64,000 nucleotides of DNA, from assembly GCA_965217275.1 (NCBI GenBank), contig OZ244400.1, positions 4,931,129 through 4,995,128 on the forward strand, written 5' to 3'. Every line of letters starts with the position of its first letter. Within the stretch, counting starts at the first letter, position 1. Position numbers and translations under genes: made by a program. Below the pieces are notes generated by a model, which saw only the letters and a program-made list of their open reading frames with translations, did not search any database and was not told the origin of the DNA. Shown here piece after piece: positions 1 through 8,346 of the stretch. The stretch is from Cyclobacteriaceae bacterium (lineage in GTDB: Bacteria; Bacteroidota; Bacteroidia; Cytophagales; Cyclobacteriaceae).

Positions 1-1
1 A

Positions 2-49
2 GTTAAGTCAGGAGGGAGATTGGATTACTTCGGAATGTTCACTCAATAA
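2..49 (+). CDS. 3' end of an ORF entering from upstream of the window (possibly the toxin partner of the next gene)
   Basis: Frame open from window edge (..VKSGGRLDYFGMFTQ) to TAA 47-49. Next ATG follows 7 nt later. AT-rich like the other toxin/immunity DNA here. Confidence 0.2.
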   Translation, partial: VKSGGRLDYFGMFTQ

Positions 50-56
50 GAATGAG

Positions 57-323
57 ATGAATATTCTTAGTTCAATATTAGATCGCATAAGATTATCTGA
101 GCTAGACTCAATGTATATTTCAGGTATTTCCGATCAGGATTATTATTCTTTAAAAATATCTACAGAGGAAACAGATAAAATATATTCAGTGATAGTTGAC
201 ACTGGAAATGTAGCTCCGGATATGGTTTCAAGAGTAATAACTTTCATCTGGGCAACCACTAAATTAAAATGTACCCCTTCTAGATACAACCACTGGAATG
301 CTCCCAGCTCTGGTGCTCGTTAA
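57..323 (+). CDS. small hypothetical protein, candidate immunity protein of an upstream polymorphic toxin
   Basis: 88-aa ORF in AT-rich DNA ending 30 nt before RHS-core homology resumes at about 353. Positional argument only, no motif recognised. Confidence 0.35.
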   Translation: MNILSSILDRIRLSELDSMYISGISDQDYYSLKISTEETDKIYSVIVDTGNVAPDMVSRVITFIWATTKLKCTPSRYNHWNAPSSGAR

Positions 324-352
324 TTAATTCAATTCAGATTTGGTAAACATTA

Positions 353-1060
353 GCGATCTACCTTCCGAAAAAAAGGTCAGCAAGCCACAATCCGATTCAC
401 CTACGATGCCGCAGGGGTCAAGCTACGCAAAACCCTCACCGACTACCAGGGCAAGGTAACCACCACGGACTACATTGCAGGGATGCAGTACACCCAAGTA
501 GATAATGAGCCAAGGCTGCTGGAGTTGATCCACCACGAAGAAGGCAGAGTAGTGCCCAAAGCGGATGGCAGCGGCTACGCCTATCACTACGATTTGCGTG
601 ATCACTTAGGCAACACACGCGTGACCTTTAGTTCTGAGACAACAACCGATGAGTACTTGGCTACCATGGAGCCGGAACTAGCGAACGATGAGGAAGCCTT
701 GTTTGGCAACGTAGCTGAGAGCCGCCAATTGGACCAGCTTACTAACAGCACCGAACCCAGTATCCCTACGCCCGACCCTCAGTACTCAGCAAGGCTGAAC
801 GCTACGCAAGGGAAGGTAGTGGGTCCGGCTAAAAGCCTGCCGGTCAAGAAAGATGACAGAGTAAACCTATCGGTAGATGCCTTCTACTTCGGCACTGACA
901 GCGAAGACAACGTAGGGGCGGCGGCAATCTTACCCTATGTCGTGGGTGCCTTCACCGGACAGGGAGTGGTAGACGGGCAAGCCCTGAGTGAAGCCATTGA
1001 GCTAGGGGGTGCGCTGCTATCACCCGCGCTGTTTTCCAACAACAACGGTGGTATTCCCTA
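353..1060 (+). repeat. copy 1 of a ~0.7 kb duplicated RHS-core segment (partner 4903..5610)
   Basis: Constant offset of 4550 nt to copy 2. The encoded peptides MQYTQVDNEPRLLELIHHEEGRVVPK...GALLSPALFSNN are about 90% identical by eye. Confidence 0.9.
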
Positions 1061-2198
1061 CGCCTACCTCAACTTCATGTTCTTTGATGAAAACTTTGTC
1101 TACCGTCCGCTTACCAGCAGCGGCCAGGACTACGTGCCCGTGACGGATGCGGCGCAGCAGAACCATGAGGCTTTGTCAGTTGAGCTAACCATGCCAACTT
1201 CGGGCTACCTATATGTGTACGTGAGCAACGAGAGCAACTGGAACATCAATGTTTTCTTTGATGAACTGAACATTGAGCACGAGCACTCACCGGTGATTGC
1301 GGACGAGTCTTATTATCCCTTCGGCCTTGCTTTTAATCAGCAACCGGATAGAGAGTTTAACAATAAGTACCTATGGAGCGGCAAAGAACGCCAGACAGAT
1401 TTAAACCTTAACTGGGATGATTTTGGTTGGCGAAACTACGATCCAGCGTTAGGTCGGTTCCACACCCAAGACAGATTTGCTGACAAATACCATCCGATGA
1501 CTCCCTACCAATACGCGGCTAATAACCCAACAAATCTAATAGATGTAAATGGAGATAGTATCTGGTTTTCATTTAATCGCGATAAAAGAGGTGAATTAAC
1601 TGGCGTGACTTTGAATGTAACAGGAAAAGTGATTAACACCACAGATAGCAAAGTAGACATAAACGCGGTCGCATCTGATATATCAAAACAGATAAAATCA
1701 TCATATCAAGGTGAGATAGAAGGTGTGGCTTTTTCAGTAGAAACTGATATAACAGGCGTTGAAAGTATGGAAGATGTATCTGAGAGTGATCATGTCTTTG
1801 CCTTGGCTGATGTATCAGATGGAGGTATAGAGGGAAACATAGTACGAGGTGCATCTAATGAGTATGGTGGCAAAGTAGGGTTTATTAGTGTTGATTTATT
1901 TACAGGACCAATGGATGAAACGTATGGAAATATGGGGGCACGAACCGCTGCGCATGAACTTGGACATTTATTGAATATACGTCGGCACTCAAATAAGACT
2001 CTCAATTTGATGAAGAAAGGGGGGCTAACTGTTTTTGGATATAATTTTTCGACTCAAGTTTCTCATGAACAGCGAAGAGACATTTTTAGAGCAAGAAACT
2101 CAATGAACATAGGAGTAAATTTTGAGGTTGTTAACCAAAATGGAATTCTTAAGAAAATGCCTGATAGAGGAAGATCATCCAAATATATTAAGTATTGA
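483..2198 (+). CDS. orphan RHS repeat-associated core C-terminus fused to an HExxH zinc-metallopeptidase-like toxin domain
   Basis: Frame is open from 354 with no N-terminal part. Has the RHS core end YYPFGLAFNQ..WSGKERQ..WDDFGWRNYDPALGRFHTQDRF..YQYAANNPTNLIDVNGD, then an AT-richer tail with HELGH at 1953-1967. Confidence 0.8.
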   Translation: MQYTQVDNEPRLLELIHHEEGRVVPKADGSGYAYHYDLRDHLGNTRVTFSSETTTDEYLATMEPELANDEEALFGNVAESRQLDQLTNSTEPSIPTPDPQYSARLNATQGKVVGPAKSLPVKKDDRVNLSVDAFYFGTDSEDNVGAAAILPYVVGAFTGQGVVDGQALSEAIELGGALLSPALFSNNNGGIPYAYLNFMFFDENFVYRPLTSSGQDYVPVTDAAQQNHEALSVELTMPTSGYLYVYVSNESNWNINVFFDELNIEHEHSPVIADESYYPFGLAFNQQPDREFNNKYLWSGKERQTDLNLNWDDFGWRNYDPALGRFHTQDRFADKYHPMTPYQYAANNPTNLIDVNGDSIWFSFNRDKRGELTGVTLNVTGKVINTTDSKVDINAVASDISKQIKSSYQGEIEGVAFSVETDITGVESMEDVSESDHVFALADVSDGGIEGNIVRGASNEYGGKVGFISVDLFTGPMDETYGNMGARTAAHELGHLLNIRRHSNKTLNLMKKGGLTVFGYNFSTQVSHEQRRDIFRARNSMNIGVNFEVVNQNGILKKMPDRGRSSKYIKY

Positions 2199-2202
2199 AA
2201 GT

Positions 2203-2613
2203 ATGATAAAGAAAATCGTAGTTATGGCTATAGCTGTTTTGCTATTATTCTATACAGGCCAGCAGATACTCTGGTACAACAGATTTAATAGCAATCTGAT
2301 AATTTACGTAAGTAATCAATCAAGTCAAGAAATAGCAGACATAGATATTACTCTGGATGGGGAAAAGATTGTAAGCGACGATTTGTCTAACGAGTTTTTT
2401 CATGATTATAAAATTTATCCCAAGCAAATATCTTTTGGGAAACATACTTTAGAGGTAAGCGCTAACAAGAGTTCTGTAAGTAAGAAGTTAAGCTTTATAA
2501 TTGTGCCGGTAAGATGGATAATCGTCGAGCTTGTTGACGATCAAGAGAATAGTTTGGACCAAAAATACGATTTGCTAGTGTCAATTCAGTCTACACCTAT
2601 CATAATTGAATAA
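2203..2613 (+). CDS. membrane-anchored hypothetical protein, candidate cognate immunity protein
   Basis: ATG 2203 lies 5 nt after the toxin stop. N-terminal hydrophobic helix MIKKIVVMAIAVLLLFY. AT-rich like the toxin tail. Confidence 0.45.
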   Translation: MIKKIVVMAIAVLLLFYTGQQILWYNRFNSNLIIYVSNQSSQEIADIDITLDGEKIVSDDLSNEFFHDYKIYPKQISFGKHTLEVSANKSSVSKKLSFIIVPVRWIIVELVDDQENSLDQKYDLLVSIQSTPIIIE

Positions 2614-2638
2614 CCTACTATCGTTTACATACTTTTAA

Positions 2639-3094
2639 AAAGTAGGTCTTTTCGTTGATCTGTTCAACCACGAGTACAATGCCCTGGGACAACTAACTGA
2701 CAAGGGGCTGCACGGCATAAGTGCCAATCAGTACTGTCAGTCGGTAGACTACCGCTACAACATCCGCGGCTGGCTTACCCATATCAACAATAGTGGCCTG
2801 GATGCAGAGACGGGGATCAATGACGATGACAATGACTACTTTGGCATGGAGTTGCACTACGAAAACCCGGTCGATGAACTACCTACTCCAAGTTCGTTGC
2901 TCGAGCGTATCTCGCCTAGTACTACGCCTAGCCAGACCGACCAGCTCATCCGAGAAACCGATAAACTGATCCAACAACGGCAACTCGATCAGCTCAAACC
3001 CACTTCGCAGACGGATAGCCTGGCGGACTGGCTGCTGGGCATGGCACCGCCCGAAGCCCCGGACGAAACCAGCCTGACCGCCGGTTTGTACTGA
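2639..3094 (+). pseudogene. 5'-truncated YD/RHS-repeat fragment, in the same frame as 3131..5698
   Basis: Frame opens just after TAA 2636-2638. Encodes ..EYNALGQLTDKG..VDYRYNIRGWLTHINN..DYFGMELHYENP. Ends at TGA 3092-3094, and the frame continues QGTPPPPPPRGN-M(3131). Confidence 0.7.
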
Positions 3095-3130
3095 CAGGGC
3101 ACCCCGCCCCCGCCGCCCCCCAGAGGCAAT

Positions 3131-5698
3131 ATGTCGCCCTACGTACGCATTCAAGGGGATTTACAGGCTGAGTACGTTTTTAACGAAGGTTCGGGAAGCA
3201 CTGTTAACGATGTCGGCGGCTTCGAAGGTACTGATAACCCGCTCAACCTGACCATCGCTGACCCCGCCAACGTGACCTGGTTACCCGAGGGCGGCTTGCA
3301 GGTGAACAGTGCGACCACCATTAGTTCGGGCAGTGCAGCCAGCAAGATCATCAGTGCTGCCCAGGCCAGCAACGAACTCACGCTGGAAGCCTGGGTGCAA
3401 GCGGCCACCATTGACCAGCGCGGTCCGGCCCGGATCATCTCTTTGTCGCAAGACGGCCTGAACCGTAACGCTACGCTGGGTCACCAGTACGTCTCGGCCG
3501 ACGGGGGCTACTACTACGTGGCCCGGTTGCGTACCGATGATGCCTCGGTGAACGAAAACGGCCTGCCCGAACTGCGGCAGGACGAACGCTACGCTACGAC
3601 CAATGTACAGCACGTGGTCTACACCCGAAGCAGCGACGGCAGCGAAACGCTCTACGTTGACGGGGTGGCGATGAAGACGAGCACCCGCGCGGGTAGTTTT
3701 GCTGACTGGGAGAACTACCCCCTGTTGCTGGGCAACGAGAACAGCAACGACCGCCCCTGGTTGGGTACTTACTACCGGGCCGCCGTATACAGTAAAGCCT
3801 TGTTAGTAGAAGAGGTGCAGCAGAACTACCGGGCCGGGTACCAGGGGGGAAGTCCACCCCCCGCCAGCTTACCCAACCTAGGCGGACAGGCTCCTACCGC
3901 GAGTACAGTAGACCTGTCGTGGGACGACGTGACGGGCGAGACCGGCTACGAAGTCTTACGAAAGCAAGCCAGCGGTACCTTCAGCCCGATCGGTACCACC
4001 GGGGCCGATGGGACCAGCTACCGGGATAACACCGTACAAGCCAACACCACCTACACCTACCGGGTGGTGGCCAAGGACAACCAACGCATCCTTGGGCAGG
4101 CCGATATTAGGGTTACTACTCCTACGGCATCAACCGTCGTAGCCCCCACCGCGCTTAAGATCACAAAGCAAAGCGAAAGCAGTTTGGAGCTACGCTGGCT
4201 CTACGAAGGACAAACCAGCCAGATAGACTTTGTGCTGGAACGAAAGGTAGGCGAAGACAGCTTTAGCGAGCTTACCGTTATCACCGACGGCACCACCACC
4301 TATACCGATGAGAACCTCACTGCCGCAACCCGCTACGCGTATCAAGTGTTTGCCCGAGGCCGGGGCGACGAAGCCGAACGCTCGGACTACAGCAACCAGG
4401 CTTCCGGGGCCACCCATTCACCGGATACCCCCGACCCGATTGGGAATGGCAACTACCAAGCGCAGTACAACGGTAATATTGCGGCGATTAAGTGGAATAG
4501 CCAGGGCTTACAAGCCAAACAGGAGAAGCTCTACTACTTCGGCTATGATGCAGTGAATAGATTGACCGCCGCTCGCTACGCCGAACGCAGTACCCCTACC
4601 GCTTGGGGAAAAGCCCCCGGTCACTACAGCGTAGAGAACATCGGCTACGACAAGAACGGTAACATCGGTAGCCTGACGCGCTTCACCGGGCAGGGCGGAA
4701 GACACGCTATTGACGTACTGGACTATACCTACACCACCGGGAACCAGCTACGCTCAGTGAGCGACCAGAGCGCTTCCGATCTGGGCTTTACGGATGGCAA
4801 CCCTACGGGGGATGACTACGCCTACGACTGGAACGGCAACCTGAGCGAGGACAAGAACAAGCATATTGAATCTATCGAGTACAATTTGCTCAATCTGCCG
4901 GAAGTGATTACCTTTCAGAAGGAAGGTAAAACTGCCACCCTTCAATTCCTCTACGATGCCACGGGCAACAAACTGCGCAAAACAGTAACTGACTTTGAAG
5001 GCAAGGTAACCACCACGGACTACATTGCAGGGATGCAGTACACCCAAGTAGACAATGAACCCCGACTGCTGGAACTCATTCATCATGAAGAAGGCCGAGT
5101 AGTACCCAAGCAGGATGGATCAGGTTATGCCTATCATTACGATCTACGAGATCATCTAGGCAACACGCGGGTGACCTTTAGCTCAGAAACGCAAACTGAT
5201 AGTTACTCGGCCACAATGGAGCCGGAACTAGCTACTGACGAGAACATATTGTTCGGTAACGTAATCGAGACTCGTCAGCTAGACCAGTTGACCAACAGCA
5301 CTGAGCCGAGTATCCCCACACCTGACCCTCGCTACTCAGCAAGGCTCAACGCTACGCAGAACAAGGTAGTGGGTCCGGCCAAGAGCTTAGTTGTGAAGAA
5401 AGATGATAAAGTGACCCTATCGGTAGAGGCTTTCTACTTCGGCACTGACAGCGAGGACAACGTAGGGGCGGCGGCAATCCTGCCCTACGTGGTGGGTGCC
5501 TTCACCGGGCAGGGAGTGGTAGACGGTCAAGCCCTTTCCGAAGCCATTGAACTAGGGGGCGCGCTGCTATCACCCGCGCTGTTTTCCAACAACAGCGCGG
5601 GGATTTCCTATCATATCATAGCGCCGTGCCTCTCCTGCTCCCAACTATCCGGACAGAAAATGAGCGAGTTCGCCAGACACCGTTTGATCGAAGAGTAA
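3131..5698 (+). CDS. RHS/YD-repeat protein fragment with a LamG-like module and two fibronectin type III modules; 3'-truncated (no core end, no toxin)
   Basis: LamG-like signature (..NELTLEAWV..LYVDGV..WLGTYYRAAVYSKALLVEEVQQNY). FN3-like repeats (TASTVDLSWDDVTGETGYEV..YTYRVVA; LELRWLYEG..YAYQVFA). YD repeats (YFGYDAVNRL, IGYDKNGNI, YAYDWNGNL, FLYDATGNKL). Homology to copy 1 is lost at about 5610, with a stop at 5698. Confidence 0.8.
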   Translation: MSPYVRIQGDLQAEYVFNEGSGSTVNDVGGFEGTDNPLNLTIADPANVTWLPEGGLQVNSATTISSGSAASKIISAAQASNELTLEAWVQAATIDQRGPARIISLSQDGLNRNATLGHQYVSADGGYYYVARLRTDDASVNENGLPELRQDERYATTNVQHVVYTRSSDGSETLYVDGVAMKTSTRAGSFADWENYPLLLGNENSNDRPWLGTYYRAAVYSKALLVEEVQQNYRAGYQGGSPPPASLPNLGGQAPTASTVDLSWDDVTGETGYEVLRKQASGTFSPIGTTGADGTSYRDNTVQANTTYTYRVVAKDNQRILGQADIRVTTPTASTVVAPTALKITKQSESSLELRWLYEGQTSQIDFVLERKVGEDSFSELTVITDGTTTYTDENLTAATRYAYQVFARGRGDEAERSDYSNQASGATHSPDTPDPIGNGNYQAQYNGNIAAIKWNSQGLQAKQEKLYYFGYDAVNRLTAARYAERSTPTAWGKAPGHYSVENIGYDKNGNIGSLTRFTGQGGRHAIDVLDYTYTTGNQLRSVSDQSASDLGFTDGNPTGDDYAYDWNGNLSEDKNKHIESIEYNLLNLPEVITFQKEGKTATLQFLYDATGNKLRKTVTDFEGKVTTTDYIAGMQYTQVDNEPRLLELIHHEEGRVVPKQDGSGYAYHYDLRDHLGNTRVTFSSETQTDSYSATMEPELATDENILFGNVIETRQLDQLTNSTEPSIPTPDPRYSARLNATQNKVVGPAKSLVVKKDDKVTLSVEAFYFGTDSEDNVGAAAILPYVVGAFTGQGVVDGQALSEAIELGGALLSPALFSNNSAGISYHIIAPCLSCSQLSGQKMSEFARHRLIEE
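4903..5610 (+). repeat. copy 2 of the duplicated RHS-core segment (partner 353..1060)
   Basis: See copy 1. Similarity ends inside codons for ..ALFSNN(S/N)(A/G)GI. Confidence 0.9.
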
Positions 5699-5899
5699 GT
5701 TCCGAGATGCAATAGTGGAAAAATCATAAACTATTTTTCCTTTCAGCATAGGCTAAGTCAATAAATTCTGCTATAATTAGCGGGTAAATAGCACTTGACT
5801 GAGTACTATTTCATCTTTTAAATGCTATATAAAAGTTATTTTTTGGTATTTTATTGTATATATCATACATAAGTGATATTTTGCATACATATTATTTAA

Positions 5900-6163
5900 T
5901 TGAACGATATGGATAATTTGTATTCTTTTCACCGGCTATCTCTGGAAGAGCGAACGCAGTACATACTTGGCAACGGCATGCTCTTGTGTAGCCGATATTT
6001 TGCGGGGCGGAAGGTTTTCTTGTATCACACCGGGAAATTCTACGCCGAAATTTGGTTCGACACTCGCAAGAGCAAAGTGTCTAACATTATTCCCTTCACC
6101 ACCACCAAATGTCTTAAACCTTACCTGGACTTGATCGATATCGCCGACGCCTTCGTTAGCTGA
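5900..6163 (+). CDS. hypothetical protein
   Basis: 87-aa ORF after a 200-bp very AT-rich spacer. An alternative ATG is at 5909. No motif recognised. Confidence 0.3.
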   Translation: MNDMDNLYSFHRLSLEERTQYILGNGMLLCSRYFAGRKVFLYHTGKFYAEIWFDTRKSKVSNIIPFTTTKCLKPYLDLIDIADAFVS

Positions 6164-6179
6164 TATTTAGCTCCAACCC

Positions 6180-8093
6180 TTACTTTTTAGCCAGCCTCCC
6201 CAGCCGATCGTAGTGAAGTTCCCCGCTATCCAGCATATTTTTTAGCGATTCGAGCAGGGCAGGTTCATCTATCGCTGGCAGAGCGGCGGTCAAAACCTCT
6301 ACCGTCACGGGATTATCCGTCAAAACTTGGATCACGCGCTGCTTCACTTCCTCGAACGGCTGTCCGGCGCCTCCGGAGTTTTTCTGTTTTGCTTTTTCCC
6401 GACAATGATCGCACACTCCACAGTTTTCTTGGTAATTTTCTCCGAAGTACTGCAGTAGCAACTGCGTCCGGCAACGGTGCGGATGCGTCACGTACCGAAC
6501 CACCGACCTTATTTTCTCCGAATACGTTTGCTTGCGCTCTTCCAGACCGCTGGCCCGCAGGGGCAACTTGGCCGCATCGAAGCGCGGAGTGGTGAACAAC
6601 AACTGGGGCTGGTCCCGGCGCGGACTGTAGCTCACTACTTCCTGCTCGTGCAACAAGCGCAGTTTCTTGGCGATCTCACTCACCGAAGTTGCTAACTGCG
6701 AAGCAATCCGACTTTCCGATAGGGTCACGTAGCTGGTGTACAACTCACCGCCGTGCAGGCGCAGCACCAAATCCAACAGTGGCTCCATCGCCGCGTTGGC
6801 AATCCGGTACTTGTACAGTGCCTGGTAGTTGAGTCGAATGTGCAGCTTCGAGGGATTGTGAAATCCTTCGTTTAGTTGCAGAAACCCCGCTTCCTCCAGT
6901 CGCTTGATGGCGTAATACACTTCGTAGGCAACGAACCGGTAGGTTTTGGCGAAGTCGTCCAGGTCAAAATCGTAACTGGCCAGCATGCTGCTGCCCACCG
7001 CGATGCGCAGGTAGTTGGCAATATTCTGATACACGGTGCGCAACACCGGCAGGGGCGGAAACGAGCGCTCGACTCCTTTCTCCAGCCGCTCCACGTCGTT
7101 CTGGTCGTACAATACCACGGCGTAGGCCTTCTGCTCATCCCGCCCGGCGCGGCCCGCCTCTTGATAGTACGCTTCCAGACTCTCGGGCAAGTCCAGGTGC
7201 ACCACCGCGCGCACGTCGGGTTTGTCGATGCCCATGCCGAAGGCGTTGGTGGCCACGATCACCCGGGTTTGGTTGCGAATCCAGGCGTCCTGCCGAGCGG
7301 CCCGCTCTTCTCCTTCCAAACCGGCGTGGTAGTAGTCAGCGCTGATGTTGTAACTGCTGAGCATGCGGGCCACCGCTTCGGTGCGCTTCCGGCTGCGGAC
7401 GTAGACCACCGCCGTGCCGGGCACGTTGGTGAGCACCTTGCGCAAGCGTTTCTCTTTGTCCTCTTCGTAGAGCGCCGAATACGATAAATTGGCGCGGGCG
7501 AAGCTACGCTGAAATACCTGCCCCTGCCTAAAAGCAAGTCGCTCCTGAATGTCCTGCTTCACCGGCGGCGTGGCCGTCGCGGTGAGGGCCACCACGTTCA
7601 CATCGGGAATCACCGCACGAAAGGCGGCTATTTCCAGGTAGGAAGGGCGAAAGTCGTAGCCCCACTGCGAGATGCAATGCGCTTCGTCGACCGCCAGCAG
7701 CGATACGTTCATGCGCTCGATACGCGCCAGGAAGAGTTCGGTTTTAAGGCGTTCGGGCGACACGTAGAGAAATTTGTAGGTGCCATACACGCAATTGTCC
7801 AGGCAAAAGTCAATCTCGCGCGCGCTCATGCCTGAATAAACGGCGGCGGCGCTGATGTTGCGGCGGTTCAGCTGGGCCACCTGGTCACGCATCAGGGCAA
7901 TAAGGGGCGATACCACCAGGCAGATTCCCTCGCGCAGCAGGGCGGGCACCTGGAAGCAGATGCTCTTTCCGCCCCCGGTGGGCAGCAGGGCCAGCGTGTC
8001 GTTCCCCGCTAGCACCGAAGTGATGATTTCTTCTTGCGACGGCCGAAACTGCTCGTAGCCCCAGTACTGACGAAGAATGGCGTGCGCCGTCAT
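6180..8093 (-). CDS. recQ: RecQ-family ATP-dependent DNA helicase
   Basis: Helicase motifs LLPTGGGKS, DEAHCISQWGYDFRPSY, ALTATAT, HAGL, ATNAFGMGIDKPDVR, YQEAGRAGRD, plus a Cys cluster C..CGVCDHC. Confidence 0.9.
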   Translation of the reverse strand: MTAHAILRQYWGYEQFRPSQEEIITSVLAGNDTLALLPTGGGKSICFQVPALLREGICLVVSPLIALMRDQVAQLNRRNISAAAVYSGMSAREIDFCLDNCVYGTYKFLYVSPERLKTELFLARIERMNVSLLAVDEAHCISQWGYDFRPSYLEIAAFRAVIPDVNVVALTATATPPVKQDIQERLAFRQGQVFQRSFARANLSYSALYEEDKEKRLRKVLTNVPGTAVVYVRSRKRTEAVARMLSSYNISADYYHAGLEGEERAARQDAWIRNQTRVIVATNAFGMGIDKPDVRAVVHLDLPESLEAYYQEAGRAGRDEQKAYAVVLYDQNDVERLEKGVERSFPPLPVLRTVYQNIANYLRIAVGSSMLASYDFDLDDFAKTYRFVAYEVYYAIKRLEEAGFLQLNEGFHNPSKLHIRLNYQALYKYRIANAAMEPLLDLVLRLHGGELYTSYVTLSESRIASQLATSVSEIAKKLRLLHEQEVVSYSPRRDQPQLLFTTPRFDAAKLPLRASGLEERKQTYSEKIRSVVRYVTHPHRCRTQLLLQYFGENYQENCGVCDHCREKAKQKNSGGAGQPFEEVKQRVIQVLTDNPVTVEVLTAALPAIDEPALLESLKNMLDSGELHYDRLGRLAKK

Positions 8094-8346
8094 GCGGAAA
8101 TCGGGTTAAGTGAGTACCTAAAGGTGGGGCATTGGACGATAAAAACCAACTGGTCGATTTTTGTGTTCAACACCAGATGCCCCATGTCAAGGTCAGTGAA
8201 CAATCCCAACCAAATTGCTGAACTATCCCCCTGCGCAAAGGGTTGGTCAAATAAGGATAGTAATACTATAAAAAATAGCACGAGTACTAACTTTGCTTGG
8301 TTTGTTTCGTAGGTATCGCTAAGTTTAACCGGTAAAAACTTCTTTT

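Noticed and set aside
3092..3094. TGA as a selenocysteine codon
   Set aside because: The downstream sequence is a C-rich run (CAGGGCACCCCGCCCCCGCCGCCCCCC) with no SECIS-like hairpin. RHS proteins are not known selenoproteins. A nonsense mutation or plain read-through is more likely.
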